Below the pieces are notes generated by a model. It was not told where the DNA came from and did not search any database. It saw nothing but the letters and a program-made list of their open reading frames with translations. A stretch of DNA of 62,756 nt, counting the filler, from Candidatus Coatesbacteria bacterium (GTDB lineage: Bacteria > JAFGND01), in the NCBI GenBank assembly GCA_016927185.1. It is 5 parts of 5 records of this genome, joined end to end, with 100 filler letters (N's around TTAATTAATTAA, not from the genome) between each part and the next. Parts side by side here need not be neighbours in the genome. Positions count along the whole stretch, not along the records: positions 30,873 to 48,409 come from JAFGND010000098.1; positions 48,510 to 56,464 come from JAFGND010000104.1; 3 more parts are not named here. One strand, given 5' to 3'. Positions within the stretch are counted from its first letter, which is position 1. Each line of letters opens with the position of its first letter. Made by a program: the position numbers and the translations under genes. This document shows, in pieces, positions 39,510-49,778 of this stretch.

Positions 39510-40775
39510 TTAATCTTCAAAATTCCCAGATTGTGATTCATCCTTCTTGAAATCAGGTGCTTTCTGAGCAGAAAAATCCTCTCTCTTTGCAATTATCTTT
39601 CTATAGGGAGCACAATTATGATCGGCTCTTTTGAGAATATTTTCTATAACCAATGAAGCGGTTCCTTCGCTGTTGAATGCCTTGAAGAACTTCATTGCCC
39701 ATTCTTCAGTTTCATCGACTATTCTGTCTATATACTTCTTTTCAAGCTTCATTATTTCATCAAGGAAAACAATATTCGATTTCTTGTAATCACCTGATTT
39801 CCTTGACATCCCTTTTCCATCTGCCCATTTGACAATTTTCTCCCAAAGTTCATCCGAAATTCCTCTGCCTGAATCCTTTATATAAGAACCATTTTCTATG
39901 ACAGGATTACCGGTATCATCAATTTTCGAACCAAATAATATTGTCTGCCACAAAGTTCCCACATTGCCTTTATGGATTTTAGAGTTCTTGAACTTTCCCA
40001 CCTTGTCAAGTGGAGTGCCGCTAATTCCATGCTGTGCAATAACAACTCCATATTTTTCAATTGCATCTGCGATTTCCAGAGTTCTGTTAAGATCTATACC
40101 TTCATCTTCACCAGATGATCTGTCATATGCACCATGTTTGGAGCCATTTGAAATTGCGAGGTAATCAGGAAAAATACTCCAGCTATTCAATCCTCCAATA
40201 AAATATTCGGCTTCCTCTACAGTAGAAAGTACTCCTGCACCTCGTATCTCCCCTACTTCAACTTCAAGAGAGATGTATGCTGGAATATGCATTGCAACAT
40301 CTCTGGTATAGATGAGATTCCTGAAGTCATCATTATGTGATGCATCTACAGCGACACTTGTCCAGCCAAGGGATATTGCTTGAGGGATAAATGAACATGC
40401 TTGATCCCTGTCTGAATCACTTTTTATTGCATAATGATCCATATGGAGTGCAAACACCGCTCCATGTCCAATATTTCTGCTGTATTCAAGAGCCATTATT
40501 GGAAGATTGTCAAAATGTACACCACAATATGTATTCTCGCTTTTAGCCAGTTCAAGAATTACTGCTGAATCCATCTTCTTGGCAGCACGCAATATTCCTG
40601 CAGCACTGAGTGGATTTCTGATATTCGCTGCCATAGCAATTGCATTTGATTGCTTCATGGCATTGCAGATATCCCTTCCAGAGACTAATGCAATCCCCTC
40701 ATTTCCGAAACATTGCAGAACATTCAATGGACGAAAGTTGAGAAATTTTTCATAGTTTGCTTGTGAAACAGGCAT
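39510..40775 (-). CDS. fba: class II fructose-bisphosphate aldolase
   Basis: ALHMDH, VDASH, LEVEVGEI, LAISNGSKHG, AQHGISG and KGNVGT. Confidence 0.9.
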   Translation of the reverse strand: MPVSQANYEKFLNFRPLNVLQCFGNEGIALVSGRDICNAMKQSNAIAMAANIRNPLSAAGILRAAKKMDSAVILELAKSENTYCGVHFDNLPIMALEYSRNIGHGAVFALHMDHYAIKSDSDRDQACSFIPQAISLGWTSVAVDASHNDDFRNLIYTRDVAMHIPAYISLEVEVGEIRGAGVLSTVEEAEYFIGGLNSWSIFPDYLAISNGSKHGAYDRSSGEDEGIDLNRTLEIADAIEKYGVVIAQHGISGTPLDKVGKFKNSKIHKGNVGTLWQTILFGSKIDDTGNPVIENGSYIKDSGRGISDELWEKIVKWADGKGMSRKSGDYKKSNIVFLDEIMKLEKKYIDRIVDETEEWAMKFFKAFNSEGTASLVIENILKRADHNCAPYRKIIAKREDFSAQKAPDFKKDESQSGNFED

Positions 40776-40860
40776 TCAAACCTCCTTGAGAGTTTTGTTT
40801 AAAATATAAGTTGAGATCCCTTTTTAATGAGATTATGTCAAGATATTAGAAATCTGAGGC

Positions 40861-40882
40861 TAATCTAGCTAATAGACATCAT
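40861..40882. repeat. 22-nt direct repeat, copy 1
   Basis: TAATCTAGC-taa-TAGACATCAT, 19/22 identical to 42347-42368. Confidence 0.7.
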
Positions 40883-40981
40883 AAACTAATTTATAAAGAA
40901 GTGATATTGATTGATAAATCAGAAAAACAAAACCCCATGAATTTCATGAGATCTTATTCTAAAATTGTAAGAAAGTAATAG

Positions 40982-42265
40982 TTATTTTAATTTTATTATT
41001 CTTCTATTTTCAGAAGCTGATTTAATAATATAAACTCCCTCTCTCCATTTGCTTGTATCAATAGAGTGCTTGCCTTTATCTAATTTCATAATTAGCTGAC
41101 CAGTCAGGGAATAGATGGTACCTGAAGAAGGCAGAGAAACTACCAAGCGAGTTGAGAAGGGGTTAGGGGAAATAGAGAAGGATTTTGATGGAAGCCTTGT
41201 TGCTGATTTAGTTTGCTTGAAACCATCTTTATAAGTTTCAATTGCATATAAATAATAATCATAACTTCCGCAATATACTTTTCCCTTGGATGCATATGGA
41301 GAAGATCTAACTGCTTTTTCTGTCTGATATTTCCATTTAAGGCTTCCATCCTCAGTGTTTAATGCATAAATCTTACAATCAAGACTTCCAATATATAGAA
41401 TTCCATCAGTTACAAAAGGTGAAGAATATGAAATTGCTCCATCTGTTAAGTATTTCCATTTTAGAAATCCATCTGAAGCATTTAATGCATAGATATAATT
41501 ATCTTCACTTCCAATATAAACTACATTGTCAACTACTAAAGGAGAAGAAGTAATATAGTTGTCTGTCTTGTATTGCCATTTCAAGCTTCCATCTGATGAA
41601 TTAATAGCATTTACGGAATGATTGTCATAAGTGCCAAAATAAACTACTCCATCTTTAATATAAGGTTTAGTAATAACAAAACCAGATGCCTGATATTTCC
41701 ATTTTGAACTACCATTAGAAGCATTTAATGCATATAGAAACCAATCCCAGCTACCAAAATATACTATTCCTTCTGAAATAGAAGGTGATTCAACATTATT
41801 TTTTGCTCCAAATCTCCAGATTAGCTTGCCATTTGTAATGTCAATAGCATAAAGATATCCATGATCTTGTTCATCTATATCACATCCAACGTAAACTAGT
41901 CCCTTTGAAACACAAGGTGATGAGCTTATTGAACTATTAGTTGCAAATTTCCATTTTAATGATCCATCTGAATTATTTATTGCATATAAATAACTATCCT
42001 TGCTTCCTATATAAGTTACTCCTCCTTCAATAAAAGGCGTAGAATAAACATCCTTACCAGTTTTATATTTCCATTTTAAAGATCCGTCATTAATATACAA
42101 AGAATATACATATGTGTCACAACTACCTATATATAATGCATCTTCATATAAACATGGAGATGAAAAAACCGCATTAGCTGTCCTATATCTCCATAATAGA
42201 TCTCCGGGTTCTGAAAAAAGAATAGAGATTAATAAACAGAGAGAAACAAAGATACTAACTTTCAA
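40982..42265 (-). CDS. secreted PQQ-like beta-propeller repeat protein with T9SS-like C-terminal domain
   Basis: TTG start behind AAGGAGG, signal peptide, repeats SSP...VYIGS.D..YALN..DGSLKWKY and C-terminal SPNPFS...WREGVYII. Confidence 0.88.
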   Translation of the reverse strand: MKVSIFVSLCLLISILFSEPGDLLWRYRTANAVFSSPCLYEDALYIGSCDTYVYSLYINDGSLKWKYKTGKDVYSTPFIEGGVTYIGSKDSYLYAINNSDGSLKWKFATNSSISSSPCVSKGLVYVGCDIDEQDHGYLYAIDITNGKLIWRFGAKNNVESPSISEGIVYFGSWDWFLYALNASNGSSKWKYQASGFVITKPYIKDGVVYFGTYDNHSVNAINSSDGSLKWQYKTDNYITSSPLVVDNVVYIGSEDNYIYALNASDGFLKWKYLTDGAISYSSPFVTDGILYIGSLDCKIYALNTEDGSLKWKYQTEKAVRSSPYASKGKVYCGSYDYYLYAIETYKDGFKQTKSATRLPSKSFSISPNPFSTRLVVSLPSSGTIYSLTGQLIMKLDKGKHSIDTSKWREGVYIIKSASENRRIIKLK

Positions 42266-42346
42266 GGAAACCTCCTTATTTTCAAATAATTGAATTTAGA
42301 ATATTCTGTTTTGTCATAATTAGTCAAGGAAAAATCTCTTTTTTCT

Positions 42347-42368
42347 TAATCTAGCCCCTAGACATCAT
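42347..42368. repeat. 22-nt direct repeat, copy 2
   Basis: TAATCTAGC-ccc-TAGACATCAT with an internal TCTAG-N3-CTAGA palindrome. Confidence 0.7.
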
Positions 42369-42900
42369 GGATATGTTGGGATAGCAATTATCAATGCATT
42401 CAAATATAATAACATGGTTTTTAATTTAAGGTATAATTTTAATCTTGCTTGTCTGAAAAAAACTTAGGGACTTTTTTTCTGTTGCATGAAGGAAGATTTC
42501 TTTGCCTTTTATGCTCCATGGTTATTATTTTTAAAGCATTACGAAGAGGCTGAATAAATCTGCTGACTTATCCTTATGTCTATAATTATTTATCTATCAA
42601 TAAATTAATTTAATTGCTTGATACTTAAAAAACTGAAGAGCCTTCAGACCAGGAATTATTTCTATTTGTATTTTTTAAACAAAGGTTTAAAATACTTCCA
42701 TTTATTCACTCGATGATTATTACTATTTCTAATCGCTACTACAATCTAGAGGTTCCATTTGCAATAATTTCGTTATCTGGACTATTATTTGTATTTACTC
42801 TATATCAATATAGAGTCTGTTAAAAATTCAATTCTTAAATATTTGTTTGCTAAAAATTCATACAAATAAAACATTGAACCTGAAGAAGAAAGGAGAAGAA

Positions 42901-43584
42901 ATGACTAAGATAATTTTCAATGGACACGCAAATGTCTCAATTTTCGGGAATAGTGGATGTCATATCTTGATTGATCCTTTTTTTACTGGAAATCCATCTG
43001 CAAAAATAAAGGACATATCAAGTATAACTCCTGATGTAATAATAGTAACTCATGGACACTCAGATCATATTGGCGATACTATTAAAATCTCGAAACAAAG
43101 CAAATCTACAATAGTAGTAACGAATTTCGAGATCGCTAATTATTTAGAAAGACAAGGAGTTAAGGTTCATAAACTACATATTGGAGGTGAGGTAAAATTC
43201 CCTTATGCCACTATCAAACTAATACCAGCTATCCATGGCTCAACTCTTCCTGATGGTTCAAATGGAGGCGTAGCTGCTGGAGCACTAGTTTTTATAGATG
43301 GCAAGGTTATATTTCATGCGGGAGATACTGCATTAACCAGGGAATTCAGGACACTTGGTGAATTTTATCCTCCTGATGTAGCAATAATGCCTGTTGGGGA
43401 TACATTCACAATGGGACCAAAGGATGCTGGAATTGCTGCCAAATGGCTTGGTGCGAAAAAAGTGATACCAATGCACTATAATACCTGGCAACCCATTGAA
43501 CAAAACGATGCCTTTATAAGAGAAAACATCTCTAAATATGCTGAAGTTATTTTCCTGAAACCGGGTGAAGAATATATCTTATAA
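42901..43584 (+). CDS. metal-dependent hydrolase (MBL fold, UPF0173-like)
   Basis: LIDPF, THGHSDH, FHAGDT and IPMHYNTW. Confidence 0.9.
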   Translation: MTKIIFNGHANVSIFGNSGCHILIDPFFTGNPSAKIKDISSITPDVIIVTHGHSDHIGDTIKISKQSKSTIVVTNFEIANYLERQGVKVHKLHIGGEVKFPYATIKLIPAIHGSTLPDGSNGGVAAGALVFIDGKVIFHAGDTALTREFRTLGEFYPPDVAIMPVGDTFTMGPKDAGIAAKWLGAKKVIPMHYNTWQPIEQNDAFIRENISKYAEVIFLKPGEEYIL

Positions 43585-45166
43585 AACCATTAAAGAATGG
43601 CACTACATAACTATTTTATTTAGTGCCACCATAATTTTATATTTACTATTGGGAAAAGCAGAACCAATCGTAGACGACTACTATATAGAACATAAGCTAA
43701 AATTGCCAGGCAAACTAACTCCACTGCTGGCATATACTTTCATTTACAAGGGACTTGATATAAATGCATTAAAAGAAAATGGTCAGATTCCATGGTGGAG
43801 TGAACCTGGTATAAGCGTTAATTTCTTCAGACCCTTTGCAAGCCTTTATCTATTCCTGATGTGGAAATTCAAGTCTTTCTATTTGCTTTATATTACTGGT
43901 ATTATCTTGTTCTCATTATCAGTGATTATTCTGTTCAAGATATTGCTCTTGAAGAGATTATCTCTAATCCTATCAGCTGCTTCCTCTTTTATTTTCATGG
44001 TTCTTACTTCCCATTGCATTACAGTAACATGGCCTGCTGCAGTAAATGATTTATTAGGGTTGTTGCTAGTATTACTCGGGTTCTATTTTCTTGAAAAATA
44101 CCTTATTCAACCTAATCCTGTCTTCTTATTATTGCTTTTATTATCTTTTCTATGTTCAGGCATGTCAAAGGAAACTTACCTTGCTTCTCCAATATGGTTA
44201 ATTGCAAGGCTTTACCTAATGGAACTCCCCCAAAAAGCCACTGAATACAAAAAAAAGATAACGATATATATGCTGTCATTATTAACCATGAATTCATTAT
44301 ATTTTCTTTTTTACCTGAAAATTGGATTTGGAACAAATTGTGCCTATTATATTCCCTTTTATGAGATAGCACTTTATTTAAGGCATGGATTGCCTTCTTT
44401 GCTGGATGGGATTGCTGCCTTGTTTGCTATTAACTTCTCTTTAAGAACAAGCTCTATTCTACCAAACTACATTTTCGGAGTATTGCTTCTCAGCTTGCTT
44501 TTTTATCTATTGAAGTTAAGAAGATTTTTATTCATGATAATTCTTTTCTTGCCTGTGGCAATTATCTTGCCAAGAGATATGTCTATGAGATTATTGTCAG
44601 CTCCTTTGGCTGTTCTTTTTATTTACCTGACACCAGAAATCTTTAATCTCATTAAATCTGCAAGACTGATAAAAATTGCCTGTATTATAATAGTAATACT
44701 TAATCTTTTCTCTACTTATATGCAAGCCTATTTAAGGGACAGGTATTTAGAATCAATTGGATCCCTGATTAAGGAGATTGAGAAAACTCCGTCTGATAGC
44801 ATTGTATTGGTTGCAGGGAACCCATTTCCAGGAATTCATTTCACAATTGATATTGTATATACAAAAAAAACTGGCAAACTGGCACCCAAAATATTCGTTT
44901 TACATCCTTCCTTCGGAGAGGTTAAAGTGAAATATAATGAAAAACAGCTTGTCTTAGAAGGTTCATCACATTCACCCATCTCTTATATTTTTCGCTTGCC
45001 ACAAAACAAAGATCTTTTTAAGGGAGAAACCTCTGTTTTTAAAGCTTATGAAGAAATTGAAGGCAAGGTAATCATTAATATCAAGGAAAATGTTGATATA
45101 AACAAAGTCTATCTTCTAAGATTTGATGGCAGGAATTATTCCACAGAAAGGCTTTTGAACCAATAA
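43565..45166 (+). CDS. multi-TM membrane protein, GT-C glycosyltransferase-like
   Basis: DDY motif after the first TM, FFRP and SKE motifs, many TM segments and a soluble C-terminus. Confidence 0.6.
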   Translation: MKNISYKTIKEWHYITILFSATIILYLLLGKAEPIVDDYYIEHKLKLPGKLTPLLAYTFIYKGLDINALKENGQIPWWSEPGISVNFFRPFASLYLFLMWKFKSFYLLYITGIILFSLSVIILFKILLLKRLSLILSAASSFIFMVLTSHCITVTWPAAVNDLLGLLLVLLGFYFLEKYLIQPNPVFLLLLLLSFLCSGMSKETYLASPIWLIARLYLMELPQKATEYKKKITIYMLSLLTMNSLYFLFYLKIGFGTNCAYYIPFYEIALYLRHGLPSLLDGIAALFAINFSLRTSSILPNYIFGVLLLSLLFYLLKLRRFLFMIILFLPVAIILPRDMSMRLLSAPLAVLFIYLTPEIFNLIKSARLIKIACIIIVILNLFSTYMQAYLRDRYLESIGSLIKEIEKTPSDSIVLVAGNPFPGIHFTIDIVYTKKTGKLAPKIFVLHPSFGEVKVKYNEKQLVLEGSSHSPISYIFRLPQNKDLFKGETSVFKAYEEIEGKVIINIKENVDINKVYLLRFDGRNYSTERLLNQ

Positions 45167-45167
45167 A

Positions 45168-46175
45168 ATGATTTACTGCAAGTTATTAATTGTAATCATT
45201 GTTACAGTCTTAATGTTTTCCTGCAAGAGCTCCAGAAAAGAAAAAACCTATAAATTGGGAGATAAGATAAAAATTGGTAATCTGGAAGTAGAAATAGAGA
45301 AATATGATATACGATACCCAGTTCTGACAAATATGTTTGGAGATGGATTTGGTTCTGAACCTGAACTAGCAATTTTTATGAAAATCACTAATAAAAGCAA
45401 GAAAAACTTTTCATATAATCCTGAACATGGAAGTACAGCAGTCAAGGGGATCTCATATCCCATGATATTTCCAGATGGAGATGAGCAGAAACCTTTGAAG
45501 ATTTTTGCGTCTCTTGGCATAAGTAAAACCCAGGGACAGGTAGAAAAAAAATACCTTATTGAACCTGATATGACTATAACTGATGTATTCACCTATAATC
45601 TTCCACCAACAGAGACTAATGAACTATATCTGAGAATTCCAGGAAAGCTTTTCAATGAAAAAAAATTCTATTATGTTGTTATCCCTTATGTATTTACAAA
45701 ACCCAGCCTCCCCCAGGCAATTCCAATGAATGAACTGACCCAAGTTGGAAATCTGAAAATCGCTGTAATAGACTGCAAGTTCGAAAATATCATTTACTCC
45801 TTTAATGGAAAAAAATTCCAAACCCCTAAACCTTTACTGACCATTGAAATAAAAATTGTTAATTCAACTAACAAGGCAATACCATACAAGCCATCTCATT
45901 CTTCTCAGACTGTAAATAGAAACAGACCTTCTTTACATTATGAGGATTTCAAGAGCATCGAAAGATATGAAATGAAGGCTAATTATATTGTTGAATCTCA
46001 AGTACATGGGACTAAATTGATAGAACCGGGTCAGGTCCTGACTGATAGATTCTTATTCAAAGTGCCTGAACAGAAATATGATTTTCTTTATCTGCATATA
46101 CCTGGTTGCATGTTTGCAGGTGAAAATATTGTAAGATTCAAAATTAAAGTCCCTCCTAGTATTGATCAAGATTAG
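45168..46175 (+). CDS. lipoprotein with two tandem DUF4352-like domains
   Basis: Lipobox MFSC and an internal duplication (KIGNL...I.N...Y.P.H.S...LIEP...TD.F...P....LYL.IPG twice). Confidence 0.7.
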   Translation: MIYCKLLIVIIVTVLMFSCKSSRKEKTYKLGDKIKIGNLEVEIEKYDIRYPVLTNMFGDGFGSEPELAIFMKITNKSKKNFSYNPEHGSTAVKGISYPMIFPDGDEQKPLKIFASLGISKTQGQVEKKYLIEPDMTITDVFTYNLPPTETNELYLRIPGKLFNEKKFYYVVIPYVFTKPSLPQAIPMNELTQVGNLKIAVIDCKFENIIYSFNGKKFQTPKPLLTIEIKIVNSTNKAIPYKPSHSSQTVNRNRPSLHYEDFKSIERYEMKANYIVESQVHGTKLIEPGQVLTDRFLFKVPEQKYDFLYLHIPGCMFAGENIVRFKIKVPPSIDQD

Positions 46176-46369
46176 CCACCACCTATTAGATGAGTAGCTT
46201 CAACTTCTGCATTGTCAGGAATCAATTGAGTTTTATAATTGCTTCTTGGTATAAGCTCTCCATTGACTTTCACTATAATAAGAGGGAAATTGTAATTGCA
46301 GTTCTTGAGCATTTCTGAAACGGTGAGGTTTTCTTGCCATTCATATTCATTACCATTTACTTTTATCAT
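46172..46369 (-). CDS. thiS: sulfur carrier protein ThiS
   Basis: 65 aa ubiquitin-like protein with VNG motifs and C-terminal GG. Confidence 0.9.
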   Translation of the reverse strand: MIKVNGNEYEWQENLTVSEMLKNCNYNFPLIIVKVNGELIPRSNYKTQLIPDNAEVEATHLIGGG

Positions 46370-46373
46370 TTTA

Positions 46374-47003
46374 CTACCTATTCAATACATCAAGCAAAAT
46401 CTCTATAGCAAGATTAGCTTGCATATTCGCTACAATAGCCACTCTAGGGGCACACAAACCATTTTTTTCATTAGCTTCTCTTTTTTCATCACCACAAATA
46501 TATAGTTTCCCGAAATTTCTTATTCCCAAATCAGTAAAAGCACCATAACCTGCCAAACCACTTGCAGAAATAATATATTTTTCTGGAAAATTCTTGATTA
46601 CTTCTTCAATAAGCATATATTTCTCTGTAGCTAAATCAAATGCTTCAATTATTATATCTGCATCCTTGAAGATCAATTTTATATTGTCTTCATTTAGTTT
46701 ATTGGTAATAGTCACAACATCAACTATTGGACTAATTAACAGCAAATATTCCTTTAATGCATCAACTTTCATTTTTCCTATCTGATCAATTCTGAACTGC
46801 TGTCTGTTCAGATTGGAAGCTTGTACAGTATCAAAATCACAAAGAATTATCTTGCCAATCCCAGCTCTTGCAAGAGAAACAGCTACATTACTTCCAAGAC
46901 CTCCAACGCCAGCTATTCCAATAACAGAACTGGATAAGATCTTGAAAGAATCAGGTGGATTTTTTGCAAAGCAATCTTCTATGAAATCCTTACTGTAAAC
47001 CAT
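46374..47003 (-). CDS. thiF: sulfur carrier adenylyltransferase ThiF
   Basis: GVGGLGS, DFD.V..SNLNRQ and APRVAIVA. Adjacent to thiS. Confidence 0.9.
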   Translation of the reverse strand: MVYSKDFIEDCFAKNPPDSFKILSSSVIGIAGVGGLGSNVAVSLARAGIGKIILCDFDTVQASNLNRQQFRIDQIGKMKVDALKEYLLLISPIVDVVTITNKLNEDNIKLIFKDADIIIEAFDLATEKYMLIEEVIKNFPEKYIISASGLAGYGAFTDLGIRNFGKLYICGDEKREANEKNGLCAPRVAIVANMQANLAIEILLDVLNR

Positions 47004-47134
47004 GAAAAAAGCCTATGCTTTATTATCTTTTAGTCAAGGACTTTCTTCTGTTTCTTTATAGCGATAAAGGACTTGACCTATAAAAGCAATTCTAAGCCTT
47101 TGGATTAACAAACATGGTTAATGAAAGGAAAAAA

Positions 47135-48376
47135 ATGAATACATATGATTTTCCCGGAAAAGGTAAAGTAGCTGTTCTAAGAACAAAACCTGCTTCTGTA
47201 TTAGAAGACTATGCCAGATTACTTGATCTAATAGATTATCAATCATCCATACAATCCATTTATCCAACACTTCTGAAAATAAATATTTCCTGGCAAACAT
47301 GGTATCCGGCATGTTCGACAACTCCCTGGCAGCTGGAAGGTGTCATTCAGAAACTTTTCGCAGACGGTTATTCTGATCTTATTGCAGCACATAATAAGAC
47401 AGTGGTTGTAGATGCATATATTGGAGAAAAAAATAATAAACATAAGCTTATTACTGATAGATACAAGATAACCAATACCCATCTATATGAACCGGAAGTA
47501 AGCTGGAATGTCTATAAACCTCAAGGGGAATATCTTGTTCTTCATAAAATCTATCCTGATGGAGTAAAGATTCCAGATTTATTTCATGGAAAAAATATCA
47601 TTCAGTTTCCTACTGTTAAAACCCATGTCTTTACAACAATAACTGGAGCAATGAAAAATGCATTCGGTGGACTTCTTAGTGAAAGAAGGCACTGGACTCA
47701 TAGTGTAATCCATGAAACCCTTGTTGACTTGCTTATGATACAAAGGGAAATCCATCCTGGAATACTTGCAGTAATGGATGGAACATTTGCAGGCGACGGT
47801 CCAGGCCCAAGAGCCATGCGCTGGCATGAAAAAGATGTTATACTGGCAAGTTCTGATCAAGTTGCGATTGATGCAATAAGTGCAAAATTACAGGGATTTA
47901 ACCCCATGGAACTGAAATTCATAAGACTTGCTCACGAAAAAGGATTAGGGATAGGAGATCCGAAAGACATCGAAATAGTCGGGGATGAAGATGTCATGCT
48001 TGAGAATTGGCATTTCATCCAGACTGATACATTCGCCTCAAAAGGTCAGAAAGCTATATATCATGGTCCACTGAAGCCTTTTGAGAAGATGCTTCTTCAA
48101 TCTCCCATTGTTCCATGGAGCTATTTTGCAAGCAATTTTTACCATAATGTAGCCTGGTATCCAGCTGTTGGTAAAAAAAGAGTGGAGTCAGCTGCTAAAA
48201 CCAAATGGGGACAGCTGTTTTCAAGATATGGAGAAGAAGAAGGTCAAGGAGGCATAGTGTATTCAGAAATCCCTAAAAAAGAGCTAGCTATAGGATTATT
48301 AATTGGAACAGCAGGTTTGGCAACTCTGGGATTAGCTGCACATTCATTCCTTAAAAAAACAAGGAAAAAGAACTAG
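47135..48376 (+). CDS. DUF362 domain protein with C-terminal TM anchor
   Basis: LLKINISW, PTVKTH...TGAMKN.FGG, DG...GDGPGP and DQVAIDA. Confidence 0.8.
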   Translation: MNTYDFPGKGKVAVLRTKPASVLEDYARLLDLIDYQSSIQSIYPTLLKINISWQTWYPACSTTPWQLEGVIQKLFADGYSDLIAAHNKTVVVDAYIGEKNNKHKLITDRYKITNTHLYEPEVSWNVYKPQGEYLVLHKIYPDGVKIPDLFHGKNIIQFPTVKTHVFTTITGAMKNAFGGLLSERRHWTHSVIHETLVDLLMIQREIHPGILAVMDGTFAGDGPGPRAMRWHEKDVILASSDQVAIDAISAKLQGFNPMELKFIRLAHEKGLGIGDPKDIEIVGDEDVMLENWHFIQTDTFASKGQKAIYHGPLKPFEKMLLQSPIVPWSYFASNFYHNVAWYPAVGKKRVESAAKTKWGQLFSRYGEEEGQGGIVYSEIPKKELAIGLLIGTAGLATLGLAAHSFLKKTRKKN

Positions 48377-48409
48377 TAAATTTTGCCTATTAAGATATAA
48401 ATGAAAGAA

Positions 48410-48509
48410 NNNNNNNNNNNNNNNNNNNNNNNNNNNNNNNNNNNNNNNNNNNNTTAATTAATTAANNNNNNNNNNNNNNNNNNNNNNNNNNNNNNNNNNN
48501 NNNNNNNNN
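48410..48509. other. artificial contig linker
   Basis: N44-TTAATTAATTAA-N44. Confidence 0.98.
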
Positions 48510-49762
48510 AAACCTGGAATGTTTTCTGGGATGCTATCAGTGGTGGTAAATTCAGGAAAAACATGTTCGGATATAGATTTTCTGAGTTTTTCTGGCATTC
48601 GAAAAGACTTATTGTACTATTTTATTATCAATTCCCTTTATGGGGTATACCTATTTTAATATATGGAATCTATGCAAGTTTCAAGAAACAACCAAGATTC
48701 TTTGCTTTCATTTCTGCATGCTTCATCCCGATATTCATTTTCTTTGCCAATTATAGAGTATTCGATTACAAGGTCTTCATGCTTCCATGTTTCTTTATTT
48801 TATCATTGTTTTTTGCAGCACCTTTAGAAAAAATAATTAGTCTCACAGATAGATTAAATTTCTGGCCTCCTTTCTATAAACTAAAACTTTACGGAACCAA
48901 AGTATTAGTTTATATATTTATCTTGATGATTCCGTTCTTTTCATTACTGAACACATGGGAAGAGAATAATAACAGGGAAGACCATTATAACTATAAACCA
49001 TTTCTAGATTTTTTGAGACAGAGTTCTTTGAACTCACAAGTATATGCGACAGGGGATCTCAAGCTTTTAATGATGTACTACAAAACAACAGGGCTGATAA
49101 CAGAAAATAGATTGACTACCTGGATTTGGCCTCCACATATAAGAAAAAGCAAGGATAACAAGGTTGATAAATATTTATATGAAATTATTGAAAAAGATCC
49201 AATAGAACCAACTTATATATTTCTGTTTTCAAGAGAACCTTTTATTGAAAGCAGAGTTTTGAAAGCATGCATAACCAAAGGAAATAAATATAGTGATTTC
49301 TATGCAAGCAAACCAGCAAAATATAAGGAAGGATATCCAGTCAGTTTTAATGATGTTGTAGTACTTGATAATGCTGAGGTTTATCCACTGAGAATTCAGC
49401 CTGGTGATAGTATTCATACAGATTTCATATGGCATGCACTTGAAAAAAGCCGAACAGACAAGATGCTTGGAATAAAAATCTTTGTTCACTTCATCAGGAA
49501 ACCTGGATGGGGATTTTATTCCTGGCAGATGGATCATTTCCCTGTTTATGATCAATATCCAATAAACTGGTGGCCTTTGGATAAACATATCAAAGAACAA
49601 TATAGCAGAAGAATCCCTTTGTTATTAATACCTGGAGAATATGAAGTCTGGATGGGAGTCTGGGATCATAAACAAAGACTGAAAATATATGATAAAAATG
49701 GAAATCAAATTGGTAATAAGGACAGGCTTTTGATTGGCAAAGTAAAAGTGGAATACTTTTAA
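48510..49762 (+). CDS. membrane glycosyltransferase-like protein (DUF2723-like), 5' truncated
   Basis: TM-rich N-part (Y...D..VF.LP) and C-terminal W...IFVH...DH.P....YP...W...PGEY.V..G.W domain. Confidence 0.6.
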
Positions 49763-49778
49763 GTATCATTTTGTATAA

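Noticed and set aside
41150-41175. Similarity of the CTD-coding GAGAAGGGGTTAGGGGA to the REP-like repeat at 1-67
   Set aside because: The match is short, purine-rich and explained by the SPNPFS codons. There is no palindromic partner arm.
42369-42846. Long AT-rich intergenic region as oriC, CRISPR array or ncRNA
   Set aside because: I could see no DnaA box cluster, regularly spaced repeats or convincing stable structure.
47004-47113. TPP riboswitch upstream of thiF-thiS
   Set aside because: There are only about 110 nt between the divergent genes and no CTGAGA/TPP aptamer core is visible.
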